Below, piece after piece: positions 44,031 through 53,809 of a stretch of DNA of 64,000 nucleotides. Every line of letters starts with the position of its first letter. The first letter of the stretch is position 1. Below the pieces are notes generated by a model. That model saw only the letters and a list, made by a program, of their open reading frames with translations. It was not told where the DNA came from and made no database searches. The stretch comes from Vulcanimicrobiota bacterium. GTDB taxonomy: Bacteria > Vulcanimicrobiota > Xenobia > Xenobiales > JADMJV01. The translations under genes and the position numbers were made by a program. The stretch spans positions 102,488 through 166,487 of the forward strand of contig JBFWNU010000009.1 in NCBI GenBank assembly GCA_050250895.1. The letters are read 5' to 3'.

Positions 44031-44485
44031 GAGGCCAGGTCCGGATAGAGGATGGCGCGCACCTCATCGGTCAACAGTTCGTCGATGGACAAGAGCTGGG
44101 TTAGCCCCTGGGGGCTGCACTGCAGGCCGCCCAGAAAAGGTGGACCGTCGACTCCGGCAGGCTTGAACTCTGAGGTGTCCTGGCGGGTGGTGCGGGTCAG
44201 ACGTTCGACCATCACGCCGAGCGGCCCGGGCCCGTAGTCGACCAGCAGAATCCGGGTGCTGAGCCACGGCTCGCAAGCCCGCCCCAGGCAGAGTTGACAG
44301 AGATCGATGACGGGCAAGGCCTGACCCAGATAGTCGATAACCCCGGCCACGAACGCGGGAGTCTGGGGGATGGGTCGAGGCGCGATGGCGGGCAACACTC
44401 GCAGGACTCGCGAGGCATCCAGCGCGTAGGCTTCGTCCCCCAGCCCAAACACCAGCAAAAGTCTGCCCCGACGCCAAGCCTCCAT
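44027..44485 (-). CDS. CheW-like adaptor (WspB-like)
   Basis: YALDA..V..VLP, GVIDY.G...PVIDL, LSTRI. Confidence 0.85.
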   Translation of the reverse strand: MEAWRRGRLLLVFGLGDEAYALDASRVLRVLPAIAPRPIPQTPAFVAGVIDYLGQALPVIDLCQLCLGRACEPWLSTRILLVDYGPGPLGVMVERLTRTTRQDTSEFKPAGVDGPPFLGGLQCSPQGLTQLLSIDELLTDEVRAILYPDLAS

Positions 44486-44578
44486 GGTCGATGGTGTTCG
44501 ACGACGACCATCAATTCCTCCAGCCCCGATAGATGCTCCAAAAGAGGATTCCAGTCCGGGTTTGCCAAGACAGCCGGG

Positions 44579-45580
44579 ATGGATCTATCCCGATGCGGAG
44601 TTCTGTCCGGGGGTCGTTTGCTGGCTGTCGATGACAGCGCGTTACACCGCACCAAGTTGACGCGCGAACTCATCGCCCTGGGTCACGAAGTCGAAGGGGC
44701 CGAGAACGGTCGCCAGGCTCTTGATTTGCTGGCTGCCAAGCCGTTCGACCTGATGTTGCTCGATCTGAAAATGCCCGAGATGGACGGCCACGCCGTGCTC
44801 GAAGAGTTGCGCCGACGCGACCTGTTGCGCGAACTGCCGGTGATCGTTATCTCGGGGACCGAAGATGTGGCCGTGGCCGCCCACTGTATCGAGCTTGGCG
44901 CCGAGGACTATCTGACCAAGCCCTTCGACACCATCCTGTTGCGGGCCAGGGTGAACTCGAGCCTGGAAAAAAAACGCCTGCGCGATCTCGAGGCCGAACA
45001 TCTGCGAGAACTGACCGAACTGCGCGGCCATCTCGAAGAGCGCAACGCCGACCTGACCAGGGCCAACGAAATGCTGGCCGAGATGGCTTTCACCGATTCG
45101 CTCACGCGCTTGCCCAACCGGCGCTTCGCCCTGCAGAACCTGGACCAGATGTGGGAACTGTTTCGTCGCCGCCGCCGGCCCTTCTCGTGCGTGTTATGCG
45201 ACGTCGACTATTTCAAGAAGATCAACGATACCTTCGGCCACGACTGGGGCGATCGCGTGCTGATCGGGGTGGCCGAGCGTCTCAAGACGATGGCCCGAGG
45301 GGCTGACATCGTGTGCCGCTTCGGAGGCGAGGAATTTCTGGTGCTCTGCCCCGAGACCGAACTCGAGGGAGCCGTGCAGCTAGCCGAACGCCTGCGCCAG
45401 GGGGTCGAGGCCATCGAATTCAAAGAGCTTGAACGCACCATCACGGCCACTTTCGGAGTCGGCCAGGTGCTGCCCGGCATGGAGCGCGCCGGCCTGGTGC
45501 TCAAAACCGCCGACGACGCCCTCTATCAAGCCAAAGAGGCGGGCCGCAACCGGGTCGGGATCGCGGCGGCCGCCTCGTAG
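44579..45580 (+). CDS. REC-coiled coil-GGDEF diguanylate cyclase (WspR/PleD-like)
   Basis: VDD...LLDLKMP...TKP; D.LT.LPNRR, RGAD I-site, GGEEF. Confidence 0.93.
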   Translation: MDLSRCGVLSGGRLLAVDDSALHRTKLTRELIALGHEVEGAENGRQALDLLAAKPFDLMLLDLKMPEMDGHAVLEELRRRDLLRELPVIVISGTEDVAVAAHCIELGAEDYLTKPFDTILLRARVNSSLEKKRLRDLEAEHLRELTELRGHLEERNADLTRANEMLAEMAFTDSLTRLPNRRFALQNLDQMWELFRRRRRPFSCVLCDVDYFKKINDTFGHDWGDRVLIGVAERLKTMARGADIVCRFGGEEFLVLCPETELEGAVQLAERLRQGVEAIEFKELERTITATFGVGQVLPGMERAGLVLKTADDALYQAKEAGRNRVGIAAAAS

Positions 45581-45590
45581 GTTTTCTTCT

Positions 45591-45758
45591 TCAACCGCGC
45601 CCGGCGGTTGCCATGTAACCCAACAACAGGCCATACAGGCCAGCCGTCCACGGGTTACACATCAGGCCTCAGGTGCTGCCGACCTGACGCGAGAGAAAAC
45701 TCCAGCCCAGGCCGATCAGAAGGCCAACTCCCATACCGATCAAGGTCTTCGATGTCAT
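45591..45758 (-). CDS. Putative small membrane selenoprotein, DUF6132-like (55 aa; Sec at codon 30)
   Basis: GGAGGT RBS; MTSKTLIGMGVGLLIGLGWSFLSRQVGST-UGA-GLMCNPWTAGLYGLLLGYMATAGRG; SECIS-like hairpin downstream of UGA. Confidence 0.75.
45612..45662 (-). promoter_or_regulatory. Candidate bacterial SECIS element
   Basis: TGTAACCC...GGGTTACA lower stem; apical GGCC-TGTAT-GGCC; loop starts 31 nt after UGA. Confidence 0.7.
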
Positions 45759-45880
45759 GGCCACCTCCAAATCTAACATTCTCAATATACCAATTTGGAT
45801 GACCAAGATCAAGCCACGGCCTGCACTGGGTGACCCGCACCTGGCGGGATTCCTGGCCCCTGCGCGGAGAACACCCAGAA

Positions 45881-46315
45881 ATGCGGTGGCCAATCATCCT
45901 CTGTCTACTTTGGATCGTTCAAGGGCCGGTCATGAGTGAGCCCAGCCTGACCGGTCGTTGGGTGACTTCAGACCTGCTCTGGAAGGATCCCGATACTCTC
46001 GAGCCACCGCGCGAACTGGTTCTCGAGCTGAGCGAGGATGGTCAAGCCCGGCTGGACAGCTGCGTCATCTCCCGCGTTTATCGCACCACTGTCGAAGGTT
46101 GCTTCTTGCAAGAGACCCGCAGTGACGAACGCCACCTCGAAGGTCGGTACGAGCTGGTCGATTCGGTGTTGCGTTTCCACTGGACTCGGCCCGACCCTGT
46201 CCTGAGCCCATTTTTCGTTCTCGATGGCAACACTTATTGCTGGCCGACCACCAGCCTGTGGCCGCTCACCGTCGACCTGCCTGCGATGGTCATGGAGTTT
46301 CGTCGGCCGCGTTAG
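45881..46315 (+). CDS. Hypothetical exported protein
   Basis: Signal-peptide-like MRWPIILCLLWIV; GGAGA upstream. Confidence 0.55.
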   Translation: MRWPIILCLLWIVQGPVMSEPSLTGRWVTSDLLWKDPDTLEPPRELVLELSEDGQARLDSCVISRVYRTTVEGCFLQETRSDERHLEGRYELVDSVLRFHWTRPDPVLSPFFVLDGNTYCWPTTSLWPLTVDLPAMVMEFRRPR

Positions 46316-47028
46316 ACGAAGCGAGGAAACATCTGGCGCCAAAGGGGCCAGTCGTGGATGCCCGGATCCTCCCAGACTTCGAGGCGATGACCGATGCCCT
46401 GCCGCTCGAGGATGCCGGCCAGATTGATGGTCGGCCCCAGGCAGAAATCCCAGCGGCCGGCTCCCAGAATGATGTCCATCTCACGGAAGGCGGCCAACAG
46501 CTCGGGGTCGGTGACGTTGGGCATAAAGTGAGGCGGGCAGTTGTAATACACATCGTCGTCATAGTAGCCGTCGACGCACTGACAAATGTCGTAGTCGCCC
46601 GACATGGCGATGACGCGCTTCACCAGGCGGGGGTGTCGAAAGCTGAAGTTGACGGCGTGAAAAGCGCCAAAGCTGGCCCCCGTCACCATCAAGAAAGGGT
46701 TCTGGTTGACGCTCCTGAGATATGGCAAGAACTCGTCGAGCAGATAGGCTTCGAACTGAAGGTGGCGCTCGAGCTGGTCAAACTGGTGAGCCTCGAAGTT
46801 ATACCACGACTCGCGGTCGACCGAGTCGATACAGAACAGCTGAATCCAGCCGTTGGCTAGATGCCGGGCCACCGGCCCCAGCATGCCGAAGTCTTCCCAC
46901 TGATAGAACTTGCCTCCCGAGGTCGGAAAGACCAGCACCGGAGCGCCACCGTGACCGAGGACCAGGTGTTCCATCCGGCGCTCGAGATGTTGGCTCTCGA
47001 GGAAGCCGTAATGACGGGCGTAGCTCAC
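46312..47028 (-). CDS. Putative esterase (alpha/beta hydrolase)
   Basis: GH.G.PVLVFPTSGG, GASFG nucleophile elbow, HDWP.W. Confidence 0.9.
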   Translation of the reverse strand: MSYARHYGFLESQHLERRMEHLVLGHGGAPVLVFPTSGGKFYQWEDFGMLGPVARHLANGWIQLFCIDSVDRESWYNFEAHQFDQLERHLQFEAYLLDEFLPYLRSVNQNPFLMVTGASFGAFHAVNFSFRHPRLVKRVIAMSGDYDICQCVDGYYDDDVYYNCPPHFMPNVTDPELLAAFREMDIILGAGRWDFCLGPTINLAGILERQGIGHRLEVWEDPGIHDWPLWRQMFPRFV

Positions 47029-50000
47029 TTGGTCGAGGTGAGTTCGAGTTCGCTGAATCCATCAGACTCGGGCTGCTCGGCTGCCTCGGGGGCGGGCGTT
47101 GCAGCCGGCTGCGGCGCCTCGAGCCAGTTCATCTTGATGACGGCCCGGCGCAACACGTCGGGATTCGGCTCAAAGAAGATCCAGCGGCTACAGACGAGGT
47201 CGGCCGTGGCCTGATCGTCGGTGGCCAGCAGGGTGAGTTCGCGCAGGGTCGCGCGCAATTGGGTCATGCGAGAGGGGCGCACCTCGAGAAACGCCTCGAT
47301 GGTGGCTCGTCGCACGGCCTCCATCCGCTGTTCATGAATCGAGAGCTCGCGGATCAAGCTCAGCCCCAGGCTGGGATTCTCGCGGATCGTGGCCCGGGCC
47401 AGTTCGATGCGAGCCTGACCTGCGACGGCCACTGAACCGATCTGCTCGAGACGCGCCAGGGCAGCCTCGGTCTGGCCCAAGGCCATTTCGACCTTGAGCA
47501 GGGCGAGGTGGGCTTCGTCCGCTTCGTATCCTTTTAGCCTCTTGAGCGAGCCCGAGGCCTTCTTGAGCAGCTTCTCGACCTCGCCCTTCAGTTGCAGGCG
47601 GTTGGCCAGGCCGGCCGCCAACAGCAGGGCTCCTGATCCGGTCAACTCGAGTGCCGACAGCTGGGACAGGGCCGCAAAGGCGCGACTCAGGCATTCCCTG
47701 GCGTCATCGTGGGCCAGCAACTGGTGATGGGTCGAAGCCATGGCCACCAGCCCCTCGGCCTGCTCGGCAGCCGAGGCCTCTTCTACTGATTCGCCCGCTT
47801 CTTTGAGCAGCTGATGCAGCCGGCGGTCCTCGCCAGCCATGCCGAACTGGGTGGCCAGATTGGCCAGGGTCACCGCCTTCTGGCTGCCGTTGCTCATGGC
47901 GCGGGCAGCGGCTACCGCCTGACTGAGAAGCTTCTGTCCCCACTCGCTATCCCCCAGCCGGGACAAACTGCCGGCCAGGGTGGAAAGAGCGGCGGCCTTG
48001 AGCTGGGGCGCCAGACCGTCGGCTTGCAAGGTGGCCTCGGCGCCGACCTGCAGATACTCGGTCGAGGTCTGTTCGCTGCTCGACATCAGGGCCATCTTCA
48101 TGGTGCCGCGGCAACTATGGTCGATATCGACCGAGTGGGTCTCGACCTGGATGGAGTGATAAGCCAGATCCCGGGCCCGGGCGCGATGGCCGGTCCGGGC
48201 CACCGCTCCGGCCACGAACGACAGGGTTTCGGAGCGCGTGGCAGGGTCTTCAATGGTGAAGGCCATGGCGGCGGCCTCGGAAAAACTGCGACTGGCTTCG
48301 CGGGTCGAGCGCAAACGGTGCAGGCCCACCCCGATGTCGGCCAGGGCTTTGGCCTGAAGTGAACGGTCGTCGAAAGCTCCGGCCAGGGCTGACAGGCGCT
48401 CGTAGGCCTCGAGCGCTTTGTCGGAACGCTCCAGCCGGCTCAGGCAAGAAGAGAGGCCAAAGATGGCCCGCAGGCGCTCGGCCGGCACGTGCACGGTAGC
48501 TGCCGCCTGCACCAGTTGCAGAAAGGCCTCAGGCACCCAGTCGAAGGCTCGCACCTCAGACAGCGCCTCACCCAACTCGACATACCCGCTGACCCGGCCG
48601 GGGTCCCAGGGGCGGGCACTGACCGCCCCCAGCAGGTCGCCGAACGCCTTTTGCGGCGTCTTGGCTCGCGAGAAGACTTTGCGGTCCACGCGGTCCGGAG
48701 CCCGTTCGGGCACCGGCAGATTCTCGCCCAGTTCGGCCAACCCGCTCACCAGGGCGGCCTCACGCAGGTCCCTGGGCGGACCGGCAGGAGCCGCCTTGAG
48801 GCACTCGAGGCCGGCCTTGAAGGCCCGCTTGCGCAGCGGGTCGCCCAGCACCGAGATCCGTCCGAAGCCGAGCCAATAGGTGGCCTGGCGCAGCGGCTCT
48901 TCTTCGAGGGCCAAGAGAGCGAAGGCCTTCTCGGTATAGTTGGGATCGCTGGCGAAGTCGGCCAGGATCCGCAAGACCAGGGGAAGATCGACATCACGAA
49001 ACTGGGGTAGCGGGATGGCCAGAGCTTCGTCAAGGATGCTCTGAGCCAGCTCGTGACGACCCTCTTCCCAGGCCTGCCAGGCCAGCAGCAGAAAGGTCTT
49101 GAAGCGGCATCCTTCGGCGGCGATCATGCGGGCGTTGTCGAGGGCTCGGTCAAAGTCGCCCGAGTCGGCCTGGTGATGAGTGATTACCGCCGTCTGGTTG
49201 GCCCGCATGCGCGGCATGCCCAGGCCGTAGGCCAGGATGCGCGGCAGGTCGCCCTCTTCGAGGGCCGCCTCGAGCCCCCGATGCAGGTCCTCGAGCACCG
49301 ACCTCACCGAGCCCGTGCGGGCCAGTTTAGAGTGGATGTAGGGACCTTCGCACAGCCAGTGCAGGATGGAAAAATCACGCCGCCGCGAGGAGCGGGCCAG
49401 CCGGTCGCAATGATAGCCCAGGTACATCCAGCCATAGATGTCGTTCATCTCTTCCCAAGACGGATAGGTCTCGCGGAAGAAGGCCACCACGCGGCCGTGA
49501 GTGGCCACCAGGTCGCGGCGCAGCAAGTTCGAGATCACGATTTGCATCTGGCGCGAAAACAGGCAAATCTTCTCTCCCTGGTTGCGCAAGATGGGCAGCA
49601 TGGCCTCGAGCAATCCGTGGACCCGAGCGGCCGAAAGGCCTAGAAAATCGGCGATCGAGGCCGGTGCCAGCGGCTCGGGAGCCTCGCTCAGCAGCCCTGC
49701 CATCAGGCAGATATCGGCCTGCATGTCGGCCGGCAGACTGTGCAGTAGCTCGCGCCAGGCCAGGGCCAGGACCAGCGACAACTTGCCCGGCACGATGTCG
49801 CCTTCGGGCAGGCCCTCGCGAACAAAGTGCTGGGCCACCAGGAAGTTGCCCTGACTGCGTTCGAGATAGGTCTCGAGCTTGTCGTTGCTAAGGCCCTCGC
49901 TCTTAAGGTAGTCGCGCAGGTCCTCGCGATTGCGCTCATCGCGCGAATCGAGCGCAATCACCTCGGCGCCGCCGCGGTAGAGGGCGGCCAGATGAGCCCC

Positions 50001-50435
50001 CGGCCGGCAGGCGATGATCACCCGCACGCCCGGAATGGGCCGGTCGAGACCGGCCAAGCCGCCGGCATCCCAGAGCCAGCCGCCGCGTTCAAACGAGTCG
50101 ACCACGATGAGGCGTTCTTTCTTGCCCCCGGGAGGCAGCATCTCTTCGGCCCAGGCCACCGACTCGTGCACGGTCGAAGGCAGGCGTTTGCCCTCGAGGT
50201 CGAGCTGGGCCAGCAGAGCGTGCCAGAAGCCGATACCGACGTTCGTGCCCAGGGTGGGGCGAACCGAGACCCAGAGGCTGTCAGATTCGTCCTTGACCAG
50301 ATCGCGCAGAAATGCGGTCTTGCCCGCGCCTGGTTCTCCGATTAGAACCATCATCGGTGGTCCGTTCTTGCGCCACTGCTCCACTGCGTCACGCAGCCAT
50401 TTGCGACCGACCAGACCGGATTTCTGCTTCGCCAT
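47025..50435 (-). CDS. STAND/NACHT-like P-loop NTPase with long TPR-like helical repeats
   Basis: VGR.WL, GEPGAGKT Walker A, IVVDSFE Walker B, IACR, GNF; Ala/Leu-rich helical repeats. Confidence 0.75.
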   Translation of the reverse strand: MAKQKSGLVGRKWLRDAVEQWRKNGPPMMVLIGEPGAGKTAFLRDLVKDESDSLWVSVRPTLGTNVGIGFWHALLAQLDLEGKRLPSTVHESVAWAEEMLPPGGKKERLIVVDSFERGGWLWDAGGLAGLDRPIPGVRVIIACRPGAHLAALYRGGAEVIALDSRDERNREDLRDYLKSEGLSNDKLETYLERSQGNFLVAQHFVREGLPEGDIVPGKLSLVLALAWRELLHSLPADMQADICLMAGLLSEAPEPLAPASIADFLGLSAARVHGLLEAMLPILRNQGEKICLFSRQMQIVISNLLRRDLVATHGRVVAFFRETYPSWEEMNDIYGWMYLGYHCDRLARSSRRRDFSILHWLCEGPYIHSKLARTGSVRSVLEDLHRGLEAALEEGDLPRILAYGLGMPRMRANQTAVITHHQADSGDFDRALDNARMIAAEGCRFKTFLLLAWQAWEEGRHELAQSILDEALAIPLPQFRDVDLPLVLRILADFASDPNYTEKAFALLALEEEPLRQATYWLGFGRISVLGDPLRKRAFKAGLECLKAAPAGPPRDLREAALVSGLAELGENLPVPERAPDRVDRKVFSRAKTPQKAFGDLLGAVSARPWDPGRVSGYVELGEALSEVRAFDWVPEAFLQLVQAAATVHVPAERLRAIFGLSSCLSRLERSDKALEAYERLSALAGAFDDRSLQAKALADIGVGLHRLRSTREASRSFSEAAAMAFTIEDPATRSETLSFVAGAVARTGHRARARDLAYHSIQVETHSVDIDHSCRGTMKMALMSSSEQTSTEYLQVGAEATLQADGLAPQLKAAALSTLAGSLSRLGDSEWGQKLLSQAVAAARAMSNGSQKAVTLANLATQFGMAGEDRRLHQLLKEAGESVEEASAAEQAEGLVAMASTHHQLLAHDDARECLSRAFAALSQLSALELTGSGALLLAAGLANRLQLKGEVEKLLKKASGSLKRLKGYEADEAHLALLKVEMALGQTEAALARLEQIGSVAVAGQARIELARATIRENPSLGLSLIRELSIHEQRMEAVRRATIEAFLEVRPSRMTQLRATLRELTLLATDDQATADLVCSRWIFFEPNPDVLRRAVIKMNWLEAPQPAATPAPEAAEQPESDGFSELELTSTK

Positions 50436-50527
50436 GGGCCCTCCAGGGAAAGAGTGGGACGGTTCTTCGGGAAAGGCCGACCTAGTCCTCTGCAGGGATC
50501 GCTCGGCAATCTGCAAAGAATCGGCCC

Positions 50528-51502
50528 ATGACCAGCACTACTCCGGGAGTCCTCGAAACCACCCTGCCGGTGGTCGAGCAAGCCGACCATGTGCGGCTCG
50601 ATCGCGACCGCATCGACGCCCTCTGCCAGCAATGGCTCGACAGCTCCTTTAGCGTGCCCAACTGGGACGACGCCGTGCACTGGAGCGACGGCAGCGAGCG
50701 CACGGCCAACGCAGTGCTGCTGCTCGACGCCCTGAACTTCTGCTTCTGGCCCGACCCCGGCCAACCCAGGTGGGCCATCGACTACCAGGGGCGCCGCTAC
50801 AACGGCTATATGGCGCTGGCGGCGAGCCTCAAGCGGGCCATGGAAGAAGGCGACCCTCTCTATGACGCGGATCGTCTGGCCGAACTGTCCCTCGACGACC
50901 TGAAACATATCTTTCGGGGCGAAAACGAGATTCCGATGCTCGAAAAGCGCCTGGCCAACGCTCGCGAAATCGGCCAGGTCTTGTCGTCGCGCTGGCAGGG
51001 GCAGTTCGCCCGGGTCATCGAGAAAGCGGCCGGTTCGGCCGTCTACTTGACCGACCTGTTGACCCACGAATTCTCGAGCTTTCGCGATGTCACCACCTAT
51101 AAGGGCCAGGAAGTGCGTCTGCTCAAGCGCGCTCAGATCTGCGTCATCGATTTGTTAGGCACGTTTGGTGGCCAGGGGCTGGGGCACTTTTCCGACGCCG
51201 GTCAACTGACCGCCTTTGCCGACTACAAGATCCCCCAGGTGCTCGAAGCGCAGGGGGCCCTGGTCTATAGCTCGGACTTATGCGCCACCCTCGACAACTA
51301 TCAACTGATCCCCCCCGGGGATTCGCGCGAAGTGGAGATTCGGGCCGGCATGGTCTGGGCGGTCGAGTATCTACGCCAGGGTTTCGAACGCCTCGGCCGC
51401 GCCACTTCGGCCTATGAACTGGACTGGTTCTTGTGGAACGTCGGCCAGCGCCCGGTCGAAAACGAGCGCCCCTACCACCGCACCCGCACGATCTATTATT
51501 AG
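50528..51502 (+). CDS. Queuosine salvage protein (DUF2419/Qng1 family)
   Basis: LNFCFW, FRD, KRAQI, FADYKIPQVL, EVEIRA, HRTRTIYY. Confidence 0.9.
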   Translation: MTSTTPGVLETTLPVVEQADHVRLDRDRIDALCQQWLDSSFSVPNWDDAVHWSDGSERTANAVLLLDALNFCFWPDPGQPRWAIDYQGRRYNGYMALAASLKRAMEEGDPLYDADRLAELSLDDLKHIFRGENEIPMLEKRLANAREIGQVLSSRWQGQFARVIEKAAGSAVYLTDLLTHEFSSFRDVTTYKGQEVRLLKRAQICVIDLLGTFGGQGLGHFSDAGQLTAFADYKIPQVLEAQGALVYSSDLCATLDNYQLIPPGDSREVEIRAGMVWAVEYLRQGFERLGRATSAYELDWFLWNVGQRPVENERPYHRTRTIYY

Positions 51503-51592
51503 GGGCCGGACGGGCCCGAACTGATGGGTGAAACCTGGGAACTGGACCTTTAGCGAAGGGCCATCTTTGGCCAGCGCCGAACGGCCCAGCCG

Positions 51593-53809
51593 ATGTTTCG
51601 GTTCTCTCTCGCCGTCCTTTTGATTCTTGCCAGCCTGGCCAGCGCCCAGGCCCGTCCGCGTTATAGTGTGCGGGTAGGCGACCAGCCCGGCAAGTGGGAA
51701 GCGAGGGCGGCCGAGGATCTGGCCAGGTATCTGGGCCAGGTCATGGAGGCCGAGATGGTCGAGAGCGGCCAGGCTGAATTGACCTTCGTGGTCGGCAAGC
51801 TGGCCCTCGACGAATGCCCCCCGTTGCAGAGGAGCCTGGCCGGGCTGACCCAAAAGCCCCCCGTGATCCGGCGCGACGCCATCGCCCTCGAGCAGGTGGG
51901 TTCGACCATCTATCTGGCCGGCAGCAACGACGACTCGCACTACTTCGCCGTTGCCTATCTACTGCAAAAGCTGGGATGCCGCTGGTATATGCCGACCGAG
52001 TTCGGCGAGTATGTGCCCCGGCTGCAGCAGTGGCCGCTCCCCAAACTCTCGGTGGCCTATGCCCCCCCTTTCGAGGTGCGCACCTACTGGATCTCCTGGA
52101 ACGGCGACCGCCAGGGCTATGAAGAGTTCGCCCACCGCAACTTCTACAACCTCGAGCGCAACCCGCCCGGCGGCCACGCTCTGGGCGTCAGTCGCTTCAC
52201 CAAGGACGAACTGCCCATGGACGGCAGCTGGAACAGCCCCGCCACCATCGCGGCGGTGGCTAAATCGTTCGAGCCCGACTTTGGGGCCGGCAAGTCGTTC
52301 TCGCTGGCCATCAAGGACATGGTCCAGCGGCGCCTGGATGGCCCGGACTCGGTCCTGGGTGGAGGCCTTCACGACAAGTTTTTCCATGCCCCGGCGGTCA
52401 GCGACATCTTTCTGGCCTTCTACAACGCGGTCTGCACCGAGCTGATCAGGTTGCATCCCCAGAGCCAGGCCAAAATCGGGTTTCTGGCCTATGTCAACCT
52501 GACTCTGGCTCCTCAACGCAACATCGTGGCCGCCGCCCCGCTGGTCGCCTATCTGGCTCCCATCGATATCGACCCTCTGCATGCCATGGGCGATCCTCGC
52601 TCTCCGGAGAAATCCGACTACCAGGGCGCCCTTACGCGTTGGGCCGAGGTCATGCAGGGCCGGGTGGTCATCTACGATTATGACCAGAGCATGCTGGTCT
52701 GGCGCGACCTGCCCAATCCTTCCCACGAGGTCCTGCGCAAAGAAATCAAGCTCTATCAAAAGCTCGGCATCCTGGGCTTTGCCACCGAGAGCCGCAACGC
52801 CATCGCGACCACCTTTACCAACCTCTTCTTCCGGGGGCAGCTCTATTGGAACCCCGACTTTGACGTCGAGGGCGAGCTCGCGCTCTTCTATCGCAACTTC
52901 TACGGTCCGATGGCCGAGCCGATGTCCCACTACTGGAGCGCCATCTATGCGGCCTGGGAGGCCACTCCCCTCACCTATCACGAGTTCTTTGTCATCCCCG
53001 ATATCTACACCCCCGAGCTGGTCACGCGATTGGGGCAGCACCTGCAGGCGGCCGAGGCGCTGGCCGGCCAGCTCACCCCGCGCGAGCAACAGCGGCTGGA
53101 GTTCACTCGCCGCAGCCTGGGGCTGATCGAAGCCTACACCGAGATGGCCCGAAAAGCCGGCTCGGAATGCGACTTCAGCGCAGCCGTGGCGGCCGGTAAG
53201 CGCGGATTGGCGATCCGCGAAGAGCTGACCAAAGCCAGCGGCATCTTCACTACCTATGTCAAAATGCCCGAAAAGGGTCCGGCCTGGTGGCCGGGCGAGG
53301 TGGAGTATTACGGTCAGCTCGAGCAACTCTGCCAGGGAGCAGCCGGTCGGCTGGTGGCCCAAACCCCGCTACGGTGGAAGTTTCAAGCCGACCCCTATGA
53401 CGAGGGCTTATGGCGCAACTGGGGCGTGGATCCTCCTGATGCCGGTTGGGCTAGCCTGAAGGTCGACAGCTTGCCGCGGGCCCAGGGCGTCTACGCGTCG
53501 GACTACCACAGCCCCGAAGGGTTCGGTTGGTATACCTGCAGCCTGAGCCTGAGCAAACTCCCGGCCCGGCCTCATCTCGCCTTTCCCGGGCTATTCAACG
53601 AGAGCTGGCTCTATGTCAACGGTGAGTTGGTGGCCCACCGACCCCAACAGGCCCTGTGGTGGCTCAACGACTATCGCTTCTTGTGGGATGTCGACCTGGC
53701 CGGCAAGCTGCGCAAAGGCAACAACCAGTTCGTCTTGCGCACCAAAATCGACCGCCATCCCAGCGGCATGTTCCGGCGCCCCTTCGTGTATGAGGCGGTG
53801 GCTCGATGA
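51593..53809 (+). CDS. Secreted DUF4838-type glycoside-hydrolase-like protein
   Basis: Signal peptide; LGCRWYMP..FGE.VP, FLAY, WNP...FY..FYG, C-terminal beta-sandwich. Confidence 0.7.
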   Translation: MFRFSLAVLLILASLASAQARPRYSVRVGDQPGKWEARAAEDLARYLGQVMEAEMVESGQAELTFVVGKLALDECPPLQRSLAGLTQKPPVIRRDAIALEQVGSTIYLAGSNDDSHYFAVAYLLQKLGCRWYMPTEFGEYVPRLQQWPLPKLSVAYAPPFEVRTYWISWNGDRQGYEEFAHRNFYNLERNPPGGHALGVSRFTKDELPMDGSWNSPATIAAVAKSFEPDFGAGKSFSLAIKDMVQRRLDGPDSVLGGGLHDKFFHAPAVSDIFLAFYNAVCTELIRLHPQSQAKIGFLAYVNLTLAPQRNIVAAAPLVAYLAPIDIDPLHAMGDPRSPEKSDYQGALTRWAEVMQGRVVIYDYDQSMLVWRDLPNPSHEVLRKEIKLYQKLGILGFATESRNAIATTFTNLFFRGQLYWNPDFDVEGELALFYRNFYGPMAEPMSHYWSAIYAAWEATPLTYHEFFVIPDIYTPELVTRLGQHLQAAEALAGQLTPREQQRLEFTRRSLGLIEAYTEMARKAGSECDFSAAVAAGKRGLAIREELTKASGIFTTYVKMPEKGPAWWPGEVEYYGQLEQLCQGAAGRLVAQTPLRWKFQADPYDEGLWRNWGVDPPDAGWASLKVDSLPRAQGVYASDYHSPEGFGWYTCSLSLSKLPARPHLAFPGLFNESWLYVNGELVAHRPQQALWWLNDYRFLWDVDLAGKLRKGNNQFVLRTKIDRHPSGMFRRPFVYEAVAR

